32,000 nucleotides of DNA from Candidatus Saccharimonadota bacterium (GCA_023898425.1 CP060222.1:900001-932000); one strand, 5' to 3'. Positions 1 through 10,738 are shown, counted from the first letter of the stretch. Translations and numbers: made by a program. Notes: a model not told the origin generated them from the letters alone.

Positions 1-4
1 GAAG

Positions 5-373
5 TTGGAGCGCAACGATGCGATCTCTAGCTTGGCCGTGATGCTCACCCTGAGCGCCGTAAGCCTAGCGGCTTATGCGCTAACGGGCGACCACTCCTTC
101 AAGGGTGTGTCGCTGGTACTGGGTGGCCTCGGTTGCTACCTCTTCTGGTACAAAAACCTGAAGCTGGACTACCGAGACGAGTGCGAGAGCAAGGCATCGC
201 CTCGCTACAGCCGGTATCTACCGGTTCTCGCGGTTGGTGTCGTGGCGGCTTACTTTGGGGTAACCCTTTTGAGCCACCTTGGCACCGATCATCTCTTCAC
301 CACCTTCACGAAGCTGGCGCATCTTGTGCCGGCTTCTTTTATATCTAAAAAATTTGATTCCCTATTCTCTTGA
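5..373 (+). CDS. hypothetical small membrane protein, GC-rich; frame is open to the left window edge so it may be 5'-truncated
   Basis: 122-codon ORF with three hydrophobic stretches (AISSLAVMLTLSAVSLAAYAL, VSLVLGGLGCYLFWY, YLPVLAVGVVAAYFGVTLL). Composition is G/C-rich, unlike neighbouring ruvC. No family recognised. Confidence 0.4.
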   Translation: MERNDAISSLAVMLTLSAVSLAAYALTGDHSFKGVSLVLGGLGCYLFWYKNLKLDYRDECESKASPRYSRYLPVLAVGVVAAYFGVTLLSHLGTDHLFTTFTKLAHLVPASFISKKFDSLFS

Positions 374-838
374 TTTCATTGTTGAACCAGCGATCGCGAT
401 AGCAAGTGCATCCGCTGCATCATCTGGTTTTGGAATATCGTCCAATTTTAATATACGTTTTACCATTTCTTGTATCTGATCTTTTTTTGCTCCACCATAC
501 CCTGCGGCAGCTTGTTTGATTTGATTTGGTGTTAACTCGATCATTGGAATACCCGCATCTGCAATCGCAAGCAAAATCACTCCTCTCCCCATTCCAACAT
601 TGATTGCTGTTTTCGCATTGCTCGAAAAAAACAATTTTTCTACAACAACAAGATCAGGTTTTGCTTTTTCGATAATACGCTTTACTCCGTCACGCGTTTC
701 TTGAAGACGTTGAGTAAAATCATCTTTTGATGAGGTTTGAATACAGCCATGACCAATCCAGCGAAACTCATTTTTTATCACATCAATAACGCCCCAACCC
801 GTTCGGTCAAATCCTGGATCTATTCCGAGAATGCGCAT
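362..838 (-). CDS. ruvC: crossover junction endodeoxyribonuclease RuvC
   Basis: 158 aa from the ATG at 838. N-terminus MRILGIDPGFDRTGWGVIDV, then VVVEKLFF and DDAADALAIAIA motifs typical of RuvC. The track ORF (to 982) adds 48 non-homologous codons. Confidence 0.85.
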   Translation of the reverse strand: MRILGIDPGFDRTGWGVIDVIKNEFRWIGHGCIQTSSKDDFTQRLQETRDGVKRIIEKAKPDLVVVEKLFFSSNAKTAINVGMGRGVILLAIADAGIPMIELTPNQIKQAAAGYGGAKKDQIQEMVKRILKLDDIPKPDDAADALAIAIAGSTMKSRE

Positions 839-1225
839 ACTACTGTTAAGGCTAGTGGATGAATGATTTATGGTCAACGAAGCGCTGCTCTTGGCAAGGA
901 TTTTTTGATAGACTAAAGTCTTGTCACATCTTTGGAGAAAGGAGGTTTTATCGGAACTTACCAGCACTCTGGACATGACCAATGTCGAAAGAAATGGTTT
1001 CTACGCCCAGTGGCGCATTGCGTCGGTGGTGCCTAGCGATATTTCAAAAGCGTCAGAGCGCGTTCCGAAGAGCAGGATGTAGATACTTCCAGCACATAAT
1101 CGAAGTCTTACGGTAACACGTGAGACACGTTGAAAAAAATAAGGGGACTCCCCCTCTGGTCACGTGGATACTCTCCCGTGACCACTTTTATTTCATAGAG
1201 GGTTATTCTCAGCAAGTAACAAAAA

Positions 1226-1250
1226 ACACCCCCAAAGGGGTGTTTTTTAT
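1226..1250 (-). terminator. intrinsic terminator after rpoC (bidirectional hairpin)
   Basis: ACACCCC-AAA-GGGGTGT stem flanked by an A-run and a T-run, directly after the rpoC stop at 1259. Confidence 0.7.
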
Positions 1251-1258
1251 TAAGAAGA

Positions 1259-4200
1259 TTATGCTTCTTCTTTTATTTCTTCTTTTTCTTTTTCAACTTT
1301 TGTTTCTGGGTCTGCGATATCCTCTTCAGGAGCAGCAACCGGTTCTGGTTCATCACCAGAAAGATCTGCGCCGAAGCCAGTACCTGCAGGTGTTAAACGA
1401 CCGATAATCACATTTTCTTTTAGACCTTCGAGATGATCGACTTTACCATTTACGGCTGCGTCGATCAGCACGCGAGCTGTTTCCATAAAGGATGCAGCTG
1501 ACAAGAAGGACTCGGTAGAAAGTGCCACCTTGGTAATACCCATAAACAATGGGCGGAACGTTGCTGTTGTGCCTTTGCCAAGTTCGAGAAGACGTTTGTT
1601 CTCGGTTTCAACACGATAGCGATCAACAATTTGCCCTGGTAGGAGCTCGGTGTCACCAGCGTCTTTAACAAGCACACGCAAGAACATTTGACGGATGATC
1701 ACTTCAATATGCTTTGCATTTAGTTTCTGACCTTGTGATGCATAGATCGCGAGAACCTCTTTAAGAAGGTAACGCATGACCGCATCTTGGTTACGAAGTC
1801 TAAAGAGCTCTTGAAGATCAAATTGACCTTCGGTAAGCACATCACCCATAGCAACTTCTTGCCCATCTTTTACGTATAGCGTGTATCCAGAAGGGATTTC
1901 TGCCTCCCAAGCATTAATCGCTTGGTAAACAAAACGTAATTTATTTTTAACGATCGACACCACACCCTTGTTTGGAGCTGTGATTTCTTCGCCGTCAGCT
2001 TTGACGATAAGTACGGCTCCTTCTTTTACGCTTTGTCCATCTTCTACTTTTACCGTGTCGCGCTTAAGGAAGGCGTGAACCTGTTCTGTCTCGGCCATAT
2101 GGTCGATAACAAGTGTACGTGTAGCAGAAGCGTTATCAACGAGGCGATCGCCCTTTGCGGTGCGTAACTCGCGTTTTTCGCCTTCAACAATACGTACCTT
2201 ACCTGCGACTTCAGCCAAGATCGCTTTGCGCTTAGGGATACGTGCTTCGAACAATTCTTCAACACGTGGAAGACCTTGCGTAATATCAGCAGCAGCGACA
2301 CCACCAGAGTGGAACGTACGCATTGTAAGCTGAGTACCAGGCTCACCAATGGATTGAGCAGCAACGATACCAACAGCTGTGCCAAGTTTTACCATTTGGT
2401 TATAAGCAAGATCGTAACCGTAACAGTTCTGACAAAGACCGCGTTTAAGCTTACACGTCATCACTGAACGCACGTTTGCTTCAAGAATTTCTTTGCCTTG
2501 TAACTCTTTGACGTGATCCTCGACAATAAGTGTGCCTTTTTTGAGGAGGACTTTTTTGTCTGCGTCTTTGAGATCCTTAAGCAAGATACGACCAAGCAAA
2601 CGCGTAAGCATTGGCTCACCGATTTCTTCACATTCTTCGTGTGTAATAATAACACCTTCGGTATCACCACATTCTTCTGCGTTAATAATGACATCTTGCG
2701 CCACATCAACGAGACGACGGGTAAGGTAACCAGCGTTTGCCGTACGAAGAGCCGTATCCGTAAGACCCTTACGTGTACCGTGAGACGAAATAAAGTACTC
2801 AAGCACATCTAGACCTTCGCGGAACGATGAACGAATAGGAAGCTCGATAATGTCACCAGCTGGGTTTGAAACAAGACCTTTCATACCTACCACGTTGGTA
2901 AGCTGAGAAGCTGAACCACGAGCACCGGAGTCCATCATGGCAAACACAGCTCCTTCTTTATCAAGCGAGTCTTTTGACATGCGCTGCAACTGATCTTTTA
3001 CATCTGACCAAATACGAATGATTTGGTTATAGCGTTCTTTTCTCGTAAGAAGACCTTCTTTGTACTGATCTTCGATTTCTTCGACTTTGTCATCACCGCG
3101 TTGTAAGATTTCTTGCTTTGGTAAAGCAGGGAGTTCACCCATACCGTACGAGAAACCAGATTTCGTGATGTACAAGAAACCCATCGATTTCACTTCGTCC
3201 AAGAAACGCGCAGTACGCTCGAAGCCACGAAGTTCAATGGTGCGATGCACAATTTCACTCAATTGCTTTGTACCGATAACTTCGTTTCTAAAACCAATTT
3301 CTTTTGGAAAGAGTTCGTTTAAGAGAACGCGACCGATATTTGTTTCGATGATTGGCTCACCTTGTCTTACGCGTACCTTAATGGTTTCGCGAATATAAAG
3401 TTTACCGGTATTGAAGAGATATTTTGCTTCTTCTACTGAGCCAAACATCTTCATCTTTCCGTCTACCGGAGGAAGAGATGTTGTCATGTAGTACGTACCC
3501 CAAGCGATATCCTTATCAGGTTTTGCTACAGGCTGACCGGTAGCAGGTTTAAGAAGGTTCTTGGTCGAAAGCATGAGATTCTTTGCCTCCCAACGCGCTT
3601 CTTCGGTAAGTGGAATATGAACAGCCATTTGATCACCATCGAAATCGGCGTTAAAGGCAGGACATACCATCGGATGGATTTGAATCGCTTTACCTTCGAT
3701 AAGCTTTGGCTGGAAGCCTTGAATACCAAGACGATGAAGCGTTGGTGCACGGTTCAAGAGCACAACAGCATCTTCGGCAATTTTTTCGAGAATATCCCAA
3801 ACTTCTGCGTGATCGGCTTCGATGTAGCGGTTTGCTGAACGAATATTGTGAACGAGTTCACGATTAATCAATTCAGAAATGATAAATGGCTTGAAGAGCT
3901 CGAGTGCCATGGTCTTAGGAAGACCACATTGGTGCAATTCGAGATTCGGACCAACGACGATAACTGAACGACCAGAGTAATCGATACGCTTACCGAGCAA
4001 GTTTTGACGGAAGCGACCTTGCTTACCCTTCAAAATATCTGCTAGGGATTTAAGCTGACGCTTTTTACCTGTTGGGGCTGTAACCGCTTTTGCAGAACGT
4101 GCACTATTATCAATGAGTGAATCTACAGACTCTTGTAACATGCGTTTTTCGTTACGCACGATAACTTCTGGAGCATTCAATTCGAGTAAACGCTTAAGAC

Positions 4201-5245
4201 GGTTATTGCGATTAATAACACGACGATAAAGATCATTGAGATCTGAGGTCGCAAAGCGTCCACCGTCGAGAGCCACCATCGGACGTAGGTCTGGTGGGAT
4301 CACTGGTAAGACCTTTAAGACCATCCAGGATGGATCAATTTGATTTTGTACGAGTGATTTCAAAAGCTTCAAACGACGCGTAAGTTTATCGTGTTTTGCT
4401 TCTGATGCATCTTTAAGTGCTTCGCTGAGATTAGCAACAGTTGCCTGAAGATCAATGGAGCTCAAAAGCGCATTAACAGCTTCTGAACCGATTTTTGCTT
4501 CAAAAACATGACCGTACTTTAGCGAAAGTTCGTGATATTCGGTTTCTGTAAGAATCTTAAGAGGTTTAAGATCTTTGAGCTCTTTATCGGCGATATCAAA
4601 GTCCGCATCAAGTTCTTCGAGACGGCGCGTTTGTTCTTCTTGCGCTTTGTCCATCTCTTTGTTCAATTTTCCAGCATCCCAGCTTTGCTCGGTTGCTTGC
4701 TTTTGAAGACGTTCGCGATTACGTTCGCCTTCTGATTCGATGCCTTTGCGTTTGCCTTTATACTCGGCGCGTACCATTTCTACTGTTTGCTCACGAAGAG
4801 TTTCGTCAACAGCCGTGATAATGAATACAGTGAAGTAAATCACTTTTTCGAGTGATTGAATGGACATGTCGAGCACCATACCGATTTTGGATGGCACAGA
4901 ACGCAAGAACCAAATATGTGTAACAGGCGCTGCAAGCTCAATGTGACCCATACGTTCGCGACGAACGAGTGAGTGCGTGACTTCAACGCCACATTTGTCA
5001 CAAATAATGCCTTTGTAACGAATCTTCTTATACTTACCACAATAACACTCCCAGTCTTTTGACGGACCGAAAATTTCTTCAGCAAAGAGACCGCTCTTTT
5101 CTGGTTTTTGTGTGCGGTAGTTAATGGTCTCCGGTTTGGTGACTTCACCATAAGACCAGCCGCGAATCACCTCAGGAGAGGCGACGCGCAAGCGGATAGA
5201 ATCAAAGTCCGTGGACTTGATATGTTCCGTGTGGAAATAGGCCAT
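1259..5245 (-). CDS. rpoC: DNA-directed RNA polymerase subunit beta-prime
   Basis: 1328-aa ORF with the catalytic NADFDGDQM motif, an N-terminal Zn-finger ([23 protein letters not shown]), and position directly after rpoB. Confidence 0.97.
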   Translation of the reverse strand: MAYFHTEHIKSTDFDSIRLRVASPEVIRGWSYGEVTKPETINYRTQKPEKSGLFAEEIFGPSKDWECYCGKYKKIRYKGIICDKCGVEVTHSLVRRERMGHIELAAPVTHIWFLRSVPSKIGMVLDMSIQSLEKVIYFTVFIITAVDETLREQTVEMVRAEYKGKRKGIESEGERNRERLQKQATEQSWDAGKLNKEMDKAQEEQTRRLEELDADFDIADKELKDLKPLKILTETEYHELSLKYGHVFEAKIGSEAVNALLSSIDLQATVANLSEALKDASEAKHDKLTRRLKLLKSLVQNQIDPSWMVLKVLPVIPPDLRPMVALDGGRFATSDLNDLYRRVINRNNRLKRLLELNAPEVIVRNEKRMLQESVDSLIDNSARSAKAVTAPTGKKRQLKSLADILKGKQGRFRQNLLGKRIDYSGRSVIVVGPNLELHQCGLPKTMALELFKPFIISELINRELVHNIRSANRYIEADHAEVWDILEKIAEDAVVLLNRAPTLHRLGIQGFQPKLIEGKAIQIHPMVCPAFNADFDGDQMAVHIPLTEEARWEAKNLMLSTKNLLKPATGQPVAKPDKDIAWGTYYMTTSLPPVDGKMKMFGSVEEAKYLFNTGKLYIRETIKVRVRQGEPIIETNIGRVLLNELFPKEIGFRNEVIGTKQLSEIVHRTIELRGFERTARFLDEVKSMGFLYITKSGFSYGMGELPALPKQEILQRGDDKVEEIEDQYKEGLLTRKERYNQIIRIWSDVKDQLQRMSKDSLDKEGAVFAMMDSGARGSASQLTNVVGMKGLVSNPAGDIIELPIRSSFREGLDVLEYFISSHGTRKGLTDTALRTANAGYLTRRLVDVAQDVIINAEECGDTEGVIITHEECEEIGEPMLTRLLGRILLKDLKDADKKVLLKKGTLIVEDHVKELQGKEILEANVRSVMTCKLKRGLCQNCYGYDLAYNQMVKLGTAVGIVAAQSIGEPGTQLTMRTFHSGGVAAADITQGLPRVEELFEARIPKRKAILAEVAGKVRIVEGEKRELRTAKGDRLVDNASATRTLVIDHMAETEQVHAFLKRDTVKVEDGQSVKEGAVLIVKADGEEITAPNKGVVSIVKNKLRFVYQAINAWEAEIPSGYTLYVKDGQEVAMGDVLTEGQFDLQELFRLRNQDAVMRYLLKEVLAIYASQGQKLNAKHIEVIIRQMFLRVLVKDAGDTELLPGQIVDRYRVETENKRLLELGKGTTATFRPLFMGITKVALSTESFLSAASFMETARVLIDAAVNGKVDHLEGLKENVIIGRLTPAGTGFGADLSGDEPEPVAAPEEDIADPETKVEKEKEEIKEEA

Positions 5246-5271
5246 ACGTTTTTTTGGTCGATTAGGGTGAG

Positions 5272-8200
5272 TTAGAATTCAGCTGGAGGCGCAGCATCCC
5301 AATTTTCTTCTTCATTTGCTGCTGGCGTTGGACGTGTGCGGAAGTGCTCTGGTTTTGGCGAGCTGTCTTCGAGACGTTCACCGTTTTTAAGCAATTCGAC
5401 ATCAAGACCTAAGCCCTTCAACTCACGAACGAGAACGTTAAAGGATTCTGGCACATTCACCTTTTTAATTGGCTCACCTTTGATAATTGCTTCGTAGGCT
5501 TTTGAACGTCCAGGCACATCATCAGATTTAATCGTCAAAATTTCTTGAAGCGTATGTGCAGCACCGTAGGCTTCGAGCGCCCACACTTCCATTTCACCAA
5601 AGCGCTGACCACCAAATTGCGCCTTACCACCAAGAGGTTGTTGCGTAATCAATGAGTATGGACCGATAGAACGTTGGTGAATCTTGTCTTCAACCATATG
5701 GTTGAGTTTCAACATATAGACCATACCAACCGTTGGATCATGATCATATTTTTCACCGGTACGACCATCATAAAGAGGGATTTGACCGTCTTCTGGGAAG
5801 CCGGCGCGAACAAGCTCTTCACGAATCGTTTCTTCTGGAACACCGTCAAACACTGGCGTTGCCACCATATATCCGAGAGCATTTGCTGCTAGACCAAGAT
5901 GCGTTTCGAGCACCTGACCCAAGTTCATACGAGAAACAACACCAAGCGGCGAAAGAATAATGTCGACAGGAGTACCGTCCTCAAGGAAAGGCATATCTTC
6001 GACCTTAACGATACGAGAGATAACACCCTTGTTACCGTGACGACCTGCGAGCTTATCACCAACTTGAATCTTACGAAGATCTGCAACCGAGACAACGATT
6101 TGTCGTAAAACACCTGGCTGCAATTTGTCACCGTTATCGCGTGAGAAGACTTTTACATCAACCACTTTGCCTTTTTCGCCGTGCTCAAGATACATAGAAG
6201 AATCGCGAACATCGCGTGCCTTCTCACCAAAAATAGCACGAAGAAGTTTTTCTTCTGCAGATAGATCCGTCTCACCCTTTGGCGTGATTTTACCAACAAG
6301 AATATCACCGGATTTTACTTCTGCACCGACGCGCACAATACCGTGCTCGTCTAAGTGGCGGAATTTTTCTTCTGAAACGTTTGGAATATCAGACGTCACA
6401 ACTTCTTCGCCAAGCTTTGTATCACGTACGTCTAAGGTGTGATGCTCAATGTGGATCGAGGTAAAACGATCTTCATGAACAAGACGCTCAGACAAAATAA
6501 TAGCATCTTCATAGTTATAACCATCCCATGACAAGAACGTCACGAGAAGATTTTGACCAAGAGCGAGCTCACCATGTTGTACGGATGTACCATCAGCGAG
6601 AACTTCACCAGCATAAATCTTTTGTCCTTTGTTTACCGTCGGACGGAAGTTTAAACACGTGGAGTGGTTAGAGCGTTGGAACTTTGCGAGTTCATAACGA
6701 CGAATAGCGCCGTCCTCACCCTGCAATTCAACCAAGTTACCCGAGACACCAACAATCAAACCATCGACAGGAGCGATGATGGCATGACCTGCATCAATAG
6801 CCACACGTCGTTCGACACCCGTACCAACAATTGGAGCATCAGGCTTGATACAAGGAACCGCCTGACGTTGCATGTTTGTACCCATGAGAGCGCGGTGACC
6901 ATCATCATGTTCAACAAACGGAATGAGTGACGTACCAACTGAAAGAATATGCTTGGATGAAACATCAACATAATCAATCTCGTGAACATCAACAATCGTA
7001 GGCTCGCCGTTTTTACGCGCAGGCGTACGTTCGTGCATAAACTTACCATTCTTATCGATAGCTGTTGTTGCAGGTGCTGTTGTACCGCGTTCTTCTGTGA
7101 ACGCGTTCAAGTAAATAATTTCACTTGTTACGGTAGGCACCACTGGCAATTTATCAATCGAAACTTTTGTGAGTTTTTCTGCAAGTTTCTTGTCGACTTC
7201 TTCCCCTGCTTTTGCCACTTTTTTGCCTTCGCCGTCATTAATGTCAACGCGCAATACTTCGCCGATAGCATCTTTACCGTCATTTTTTGCCCAGTTTTTT
7301 ACAAGACGGTATGGCGCTTCGATAAAGCCATATTCGTTGATACGCGAATAACTCGCCATGTGACCTACGAGACCGATGTTTGGACCTTCAGGTGAAGCGA
7401 TCGGACAAATACGGCCATAGTGAGTGCGATGCACATCACGAACATCAAAGCCCGCACGTTCACGCGTAAGACCACCAGGACCCATCGCGGACAAACGACG
7501 CTTATGCTCAAGTTCCGCAAGTGGATTTGTTTGCTCCATGAATTGCGAAAGCTGTGAACTCATGAAGAATTCGCGAATCGCACCAATCACCGGACGTGCA
7601 TTAATCAACTTTGCTGGGTTGATATCGTTCATGTCCATGGTGGACATACGATCTTTGACGATACGCTCCATACGAGCAAGACCAATGCGGAAACGACTTT
7701 GAACAAGCTCACCTACCGCACGCACACGACGATTACCCAAGTGATCAATATCATCGGCTTCGTCTTGTGAGACATTGAGCTGAATCAATTCGCGCAACAA
7801 AGCAATTACGTCTTCTTTTGAAAGAATGCGGTTTTCTTCTTTTGCAACAAAGTCATGCTCAGCATTGGCATTAAAGCGCTTGTTGAATTTGTAACGACCT
7901 ACTGCAGACAAATCATAACGATCGAAGTTAAAGAACATCGAGTGAATGAGTTGTTTTGCATTTTCTGCCGTTGCGAGATCACCAGGTCTGATACGTTTGT
8001 AGACTTCGATATACCCTTCTTCTTCGCTAGAAGAAACGTCTTTTGCCAAGGTAGAATCAACGTATTTGTTTAATGGATGGATATCAACATCTTGAAGAGC
8101 CTCGCGGATCTGCTCATCTGAACCCAAACCAAAAGCACGCAAAAGCGCTGTTGCTGCAACTTTACGTTTACGATCGATTTTTACCCAAAGCACATTGTTT

Positions 8201-8736
8201 GCATCGGTCTCAAATTCGAGCCAAGCACCACGTGAAGGGATAATTTTTGCACCATAGTAACGACGGCTATGCATGGTCTCAGCGGTGAAAAAGACACCGG
8301 CGGAGCGCACAAGCTGTGTGATCACCACACGTTCGATACCGTTCACGATAAAGGTACCGCGATCGGTCATGAGAGGAAGATCTCCAAGGTATACCTCGGA
8401 TTCCTTTTCAAAATTAGAACGCTTATTTGTAAGACGAAGTTTTACACGGATAGGAGCCTCGTAGTTAACGTGTTTCTCCTTAGATGTTTTCTCGTCAAAC
8501 TTTGGTTCGTCGAAATAATAATCAACGAAGGACAATTCGAGATCACGACCGATAAAATCTTTTATCGGTGAGATTTCTTTAAATAAGTCGCGGATACCTT
8601 CTTCAAGGAACCAACGATAGGAGGTTTTTTGCACCTCAATCAAATCTGGCAAGGCCATGGCATCGCGTGCCGCCGTAAAATAACGGCGATCGCGGTCCTT
8701 TGGCTCTTGTCGCTTAAACGACATCGCTTGTGACAT
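5272..8736 (-). CDS. rpoB: DNA-directed RNA polymerase subunit beta
   Basis: 1154-aa ORF with motifs GDKLAGRHGNKGVIS, NMQRQAVP and YNYEDAI. It lies 26 nt upstream of rpoC. Confidence 0.97.
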   Translation of the reverse strand: MSQAMSFKRQEPKDRDRRYFTAARDAMALPDLIEVQKTSYRWFLEEGIRDLFKEISPIKDFIGRDLELSFVDYYFDEPKFDEKTSKEKHVNYEAPIRVKLRLTNKRSNFEKESEVYLGDLPLMTDRGTFIVNGIERVVITQLVRSAGVFFTAETMHSRRYYGAKIIPSRGAWLEFETDANNVLWVKIDRKRKVAATALLRAFGLGSDEQIREALQDVDIHPLNKYVDSTLAKDVSSSEEEGYIEVYKRIRPGDLATAENAKQLIHSMFFNFDRYDLSAVGRYKFNKRFNANAEHDFVAKEENRILSKEDVIALLRELIQLNVSQDEADDIDHLGNRRVRAVGELVQSRFRIGLARMERIVKDRMSTMDMNDINPAKLINARPVIGAIREFFMSSQLSQFMEQTNPLAELEHKRRLSAMGPGGLTRERAGFDVRDVHRTHYGRICPIASPEGPNIGLVGHMASYSRINEYGFIEAPYRLVKNWAKNDGKDAIGEVLRVDINDGEGKKVAKAGEEVDKKLAEKLTKVSIDKLPVVPTVTSEIIYLNAFTEERGTTAPATTAIDKNGKFMHERTPARKNGEPTIVDVHEIDYVDVSSKHILSVGTSLIPFVEHDDGHRALMGTNMQRQAVPCIKPDAPIVGTGVERRVAIDAGHAIIAPVDGLIVGVSGNLVELQGEDGAIRRYELAKFQRSNHSTCLNFRPTVNKGQKIYAGEVLADGTSVQHGELALGQNLLVTFLSWDGYNYEDAIILSERLVHEDRFTSIHIEHHTLDVRDTKLGEEVVTSDIPNVSEEKFRHLDEHGIVRVGAEVKSGDILVGKITPKGETDLSAEEKLLRAIFGEKARDVRDSSMYLEHGEKGKVVDVKVFSRDNGDKLQPGVLRQIVVSVADLRKIQVGDKLAGRHGNKGVISRIVKVEDMPFLEDGTPVDIILSPLGVVSRMNLGQVLETHLGLAANALGYMVATPVFDGVPEETIREELVRAGFPEDGQIPLYDGRTGEKYDHDPTVGMVYMLKLNHMVEDKIHQRSIGPYSLITQQPLGGKAQFGGQRFGEMEVWALEAYGAAHTLQEILTIKSDDVPGRSKAYEAIIKGEPIKKVNVPESFNVLVRELKGLGLDVELLKNGERLEDSSPKPEHFRTRPTPAANEEENWDAAPPAEF

Positions 8737-8878
8737 GGGGCGATGAAAAATTTAACGAATTTGCTTACTACAGTGGGGCCGTCGAAAAAAGACAAAGCCG
8801 CCAGTGCTGACGGACGTCACTGTAAAATAGAGCAAACCGTATCTTCTGATTTAGGTGAAATCACACCGGAAAGCAGCC

Positions 8879-8918
8879 AAAATATCAAAACGCCTCCCAA
8901 CGGGGAAAGGTTGGGAGG
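8879..8918 (-). terminator. terminator-like hairpin inside the rpoB leader (attenuator, or 3' end of a small RNA)
   Basis: On the minus strand, CCTCCCAA-CCTTTCCCCG-TTGGGAGG is followed by CGTTTTGATATTTT. It sits about 145 nt downstream of the candidate promoter at 9031-9059 and about 140 nt upstream of the rpoB ATG. Confidence 0.45.
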
Positions 8919-9030
8919 ATTCTCGATTAAAAGTTGGTGTATAGCATTGCAGTGAAAGGGGATCAATCTTTCACGAAAGCCGTGACAGGAGTCTGCGCAG
9001 ACACCTGTCAAGCCGCGTGGTTTCGTGCGG

Positions 9031-9059
9031 ATATTAACAAGAAAGAACCGTCAAGTCAA
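9031..9059 (-). promoter_or_regulatory. sigma70-type promoter reading toward rpoB
   Basis: Minus strand: TTGACT (9059-9054), 17-nt spacer, TAATAT (9036-9031). Confidence 0.5.
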
Positions 9060-9218
9060 GCGAATGGTTATAACGAACCTTTTTGTCAATTTTGGCTGTA
9101 GAAAGTCAAAATTGTGCTTTTTCACTATAGAAATAAAAGCGATTATCCACAGAGTCATTACAGGACCCTTTATTAACGATCGAGTCGTGTTATAGGATGA
9201 ATAGTGACAACACGTATG

Positions 9219-9247
9219 TTGACAATAATACTGTTTTAGTATATATT
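9219..9247 (+). promoter_or_regulatory. near-consensus sigma70 promoter P1
   Basis: TTGACA (9219-9224), 17-nt spacer, TATATT (9242-9247). Confidence 0.6.
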
Positions 9248-9310
9248 ATGCAGGCACATTTCTCATTTTCGGCGAATTGCCAGAAAGAAGGTCCCGTGGA
9301 GGAATTGATC

Positions 9311-9985
9311 ATGAAGAACGGTGTGTGGAAGCACAAGCCCCCGACCGAGAAGATCCCCAAGCAGACCATCCGGCATCACGCCACCTTCCGTCGACTGGAT
9401 ATCTGGGAGACCCGTGAAAACGAACGCAACGCGTTCAACGGAGATTCGGCCGAACTTCAGCGGAAAATGATCCGCTTGGAAGATCAGCTCGAGGCTGGAT
9501 ACATGGACGAAGAGTCCATCCTCAAGGCGCTCGAGCGCATCACTCGTGAGATCAAAGATCTGATCAACGAGGGCAATCGGATCCTCTCGAACCAGAGAGG
9601 CTACCTTGGTCTCGCGCTGGAACTGGATACCATCTACATCCAACTCCAGACATGGAAGACCTGGATCAAGCCCCTGAAACGCCAACTGCGCAAGCAGAAG
9701 GCCACGGTCTTCATCATGAAGATGAAAAAGGCAGAACGCGACCTCGACGTGTTCGACCCCACTCACGCCCCGCAGATGTGGCGCGCCAAGCTGATGCTTC
9801 CGCGCAAGCCGGGTCGCTGCGGGTACAAGAGCGCGCACTACTTCATCCCGGGCAAGCACAAGCACACCCGGGTTGAGCGGTCCTTCGTCGAAGAAAGCCG
9901 CTACGGCAAGAAGGGCCAGCGCTACAGCGCGGCTCGCAAAGAGCGCGAAGACGAGCGCATGACGCTCATCAGCCAAATGGCCTAG
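9311..9985 (+). CDS. orphan protein A (224 aa), coiled-coil-like middle, basic C-terminal module shared with protein B
   Basis: GGAGGA SD at 9298-9303, 7 nt before the ATG at 9311. GC3-biased frame. The track start at 9197 lies in the AT-rich promoter, so I moved the start. Confidence 0.6.
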   Translation: MKNGVWKHKPPTEKIPKQTIRHHATFRRLDIWETRENERNAFNGDSAELQRKMIRLEDQLEAGYMDEESILKALERITREIKDLINEGNRILSNQRGYLGLALELDTIYIQLQTWKTWIKPLKRQLRKQKATVFIMKMKKAERDLDVFDPTHAPQMWRAKLMLPRKPGRCGYKSAHYFIPGKHKHTRVERSFVEESRYGKKGQRYSAARKEREDERMTLISQMA

Positions 9986-10003
9986 CACTTTTCAACACTG
10001 CTG

Positions 10004-10046
10004 AATCCCCCACTCACTGCTGAGTTGGGGGATTTTGCGTTTTTTA
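10004..10046 (+). terminator. intrinsic terminator after protein A gene
   Basis: AATCCCCCACTCA / TGAGTTGGGGGATT stem followed by TTGCGTTTTTT. Confidence 0.65.
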
Positions 10047-10073
10047 GACACTGTGTTTATGACAATTAAAATA

Positions 10074-10102
10074 TTGACAAATTATTATAAATAAGCTATC
10101 TT
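10074..10102 (+). promoter_or_regulatory. near-consensus sigma70 promoter P2
   Basis: TTGACA (10074-10079), 17-nt AT-only spacer, TATCTT (10097-10102). Confidence 0.55.
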
Positions 10103-10123
10103 GTACCGGTACATTTTAGGCGA

Positions 10124-10633
10124 ATGTCGCCAGATTGGAGTCTAATGTCGAGCAACGAGAAGTCCTGGAACGACATGTCGATGGATGAGCCCCTCGATGA
10201 CGCGGGGTATAACCCCAGTCTATTCGAGGACTTCGACTTCGATGATTTCGACGATCATCATGAGTACGATGATCATTTCGAAGATACCTTCAGGGATGCC
10301 TTCGACGAGTTCGAAGACTACCCCAAGGAGACCGCCTCCTACATCGACAAGCTCGAGGAGGAGCGCAAGGACTGGGAGTTCGAGGTCGAAGCATGGGCAG
10401 AACAGCTCGAACTTCTCGATCCCACTCTGGATCCGAAGATGTGGCGCGCACGCGAAGGCTGTGGCACCAATTGCTTCAACTTTGTGCCTGGCACGGGCAA
10501 GAAGCTTGACGTCCAGTCGTGCCGCAACTACGGTCATCGCTCCGGCTACAAGCCCCGTCTCCGCAATAAGGAGCGGATGCGTGAACGCGAGATCTGGCGC
10601 GAACGTCAGCTCGAACAGGCCTTCAGCGCCTGA
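10124..10633 (+). CDS. orphan protein B (169 aa), extremely acidic N-terminal half, C-terminal module paralogous to protein A
   Basis: GC3-biased ORF. An alternative start at ATG 10145 is preceded by GGAG. Shares DPTxxPxMWRA and CGxxxxxF(I/V)PGxxK motifs with protein A. Confidence 0.6.
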   Translation: MSPDWSLMSSNEKSWNDMSMDEPLDDAGYNPSLFEDFDFDDFDDHHEYDDHFEDTFRDAFDEFEDYPKETASYIDKLEEERKDWEFEVEAWAEQLELLDPTLDPKMWRAREGCGTNCFNFVPGTGKKLDVQSCRNYGHRSGYKPRLRNKERMREREIWRERQLEQAFSA

Positions 10634-10643
10634 CACTACTACA

Positions 10644-10697
10644 AGCCCCGCCTCTAACCACATTCTGTGGCTTAGAGGCGGGGCTATTTGTGTTGTG
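10644..10697 (+). terminator. intrinsic terminator after protein B gene
   Basis: 14-bp perfect stem AGCCCCGCCTCTAA / TTAGAGGCGGGGCT followed by ATTTGTGTTGTG. Confidence 0.6.
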
Positions 10698-10709
10698 TAA
10701 ACAATCATC

Positions 10710-10738
10710 TTGACAGAATGTCGATAATAGGCTATATT
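10710..10738 (+). promoter_or_regulatory. near-consensus sigma70 promoter P3
   Basis: TTGACA (10710-10715), 17-nt spacer, TATATT (10733-10738). Confidence 0.55.

Noticed and set aside
1465-8571. Many 60-137-aa ORFs nested in or antisense to rpoB and rpoC.
   Set aside because: All are contained within two long, motif-verified genes. They are low-complexity translations with no start context.
9143-9151. Perfect DnaA box TTATCCACA near the left island boundary.
   Set aside because: A single 9-mer has a non-negligible chance of occurring once in 64 kb of two-strand sequence. There is no cluster and no AT-rich unwinding element context.
9263-9988. Long minus-strand ORFs inside the island (9263-9988, 10220-10828, 12005-12529, 12660-13436, 15825-16511, 16575-16886).
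   Set aside because: They mirror plus-strand ORFs almost end to end. This is expected for GC3-rich genes, whose antisense frames lack stop codons. They have no SD or promoter context, and the plus-strand frames carry the G/C third-position bias.
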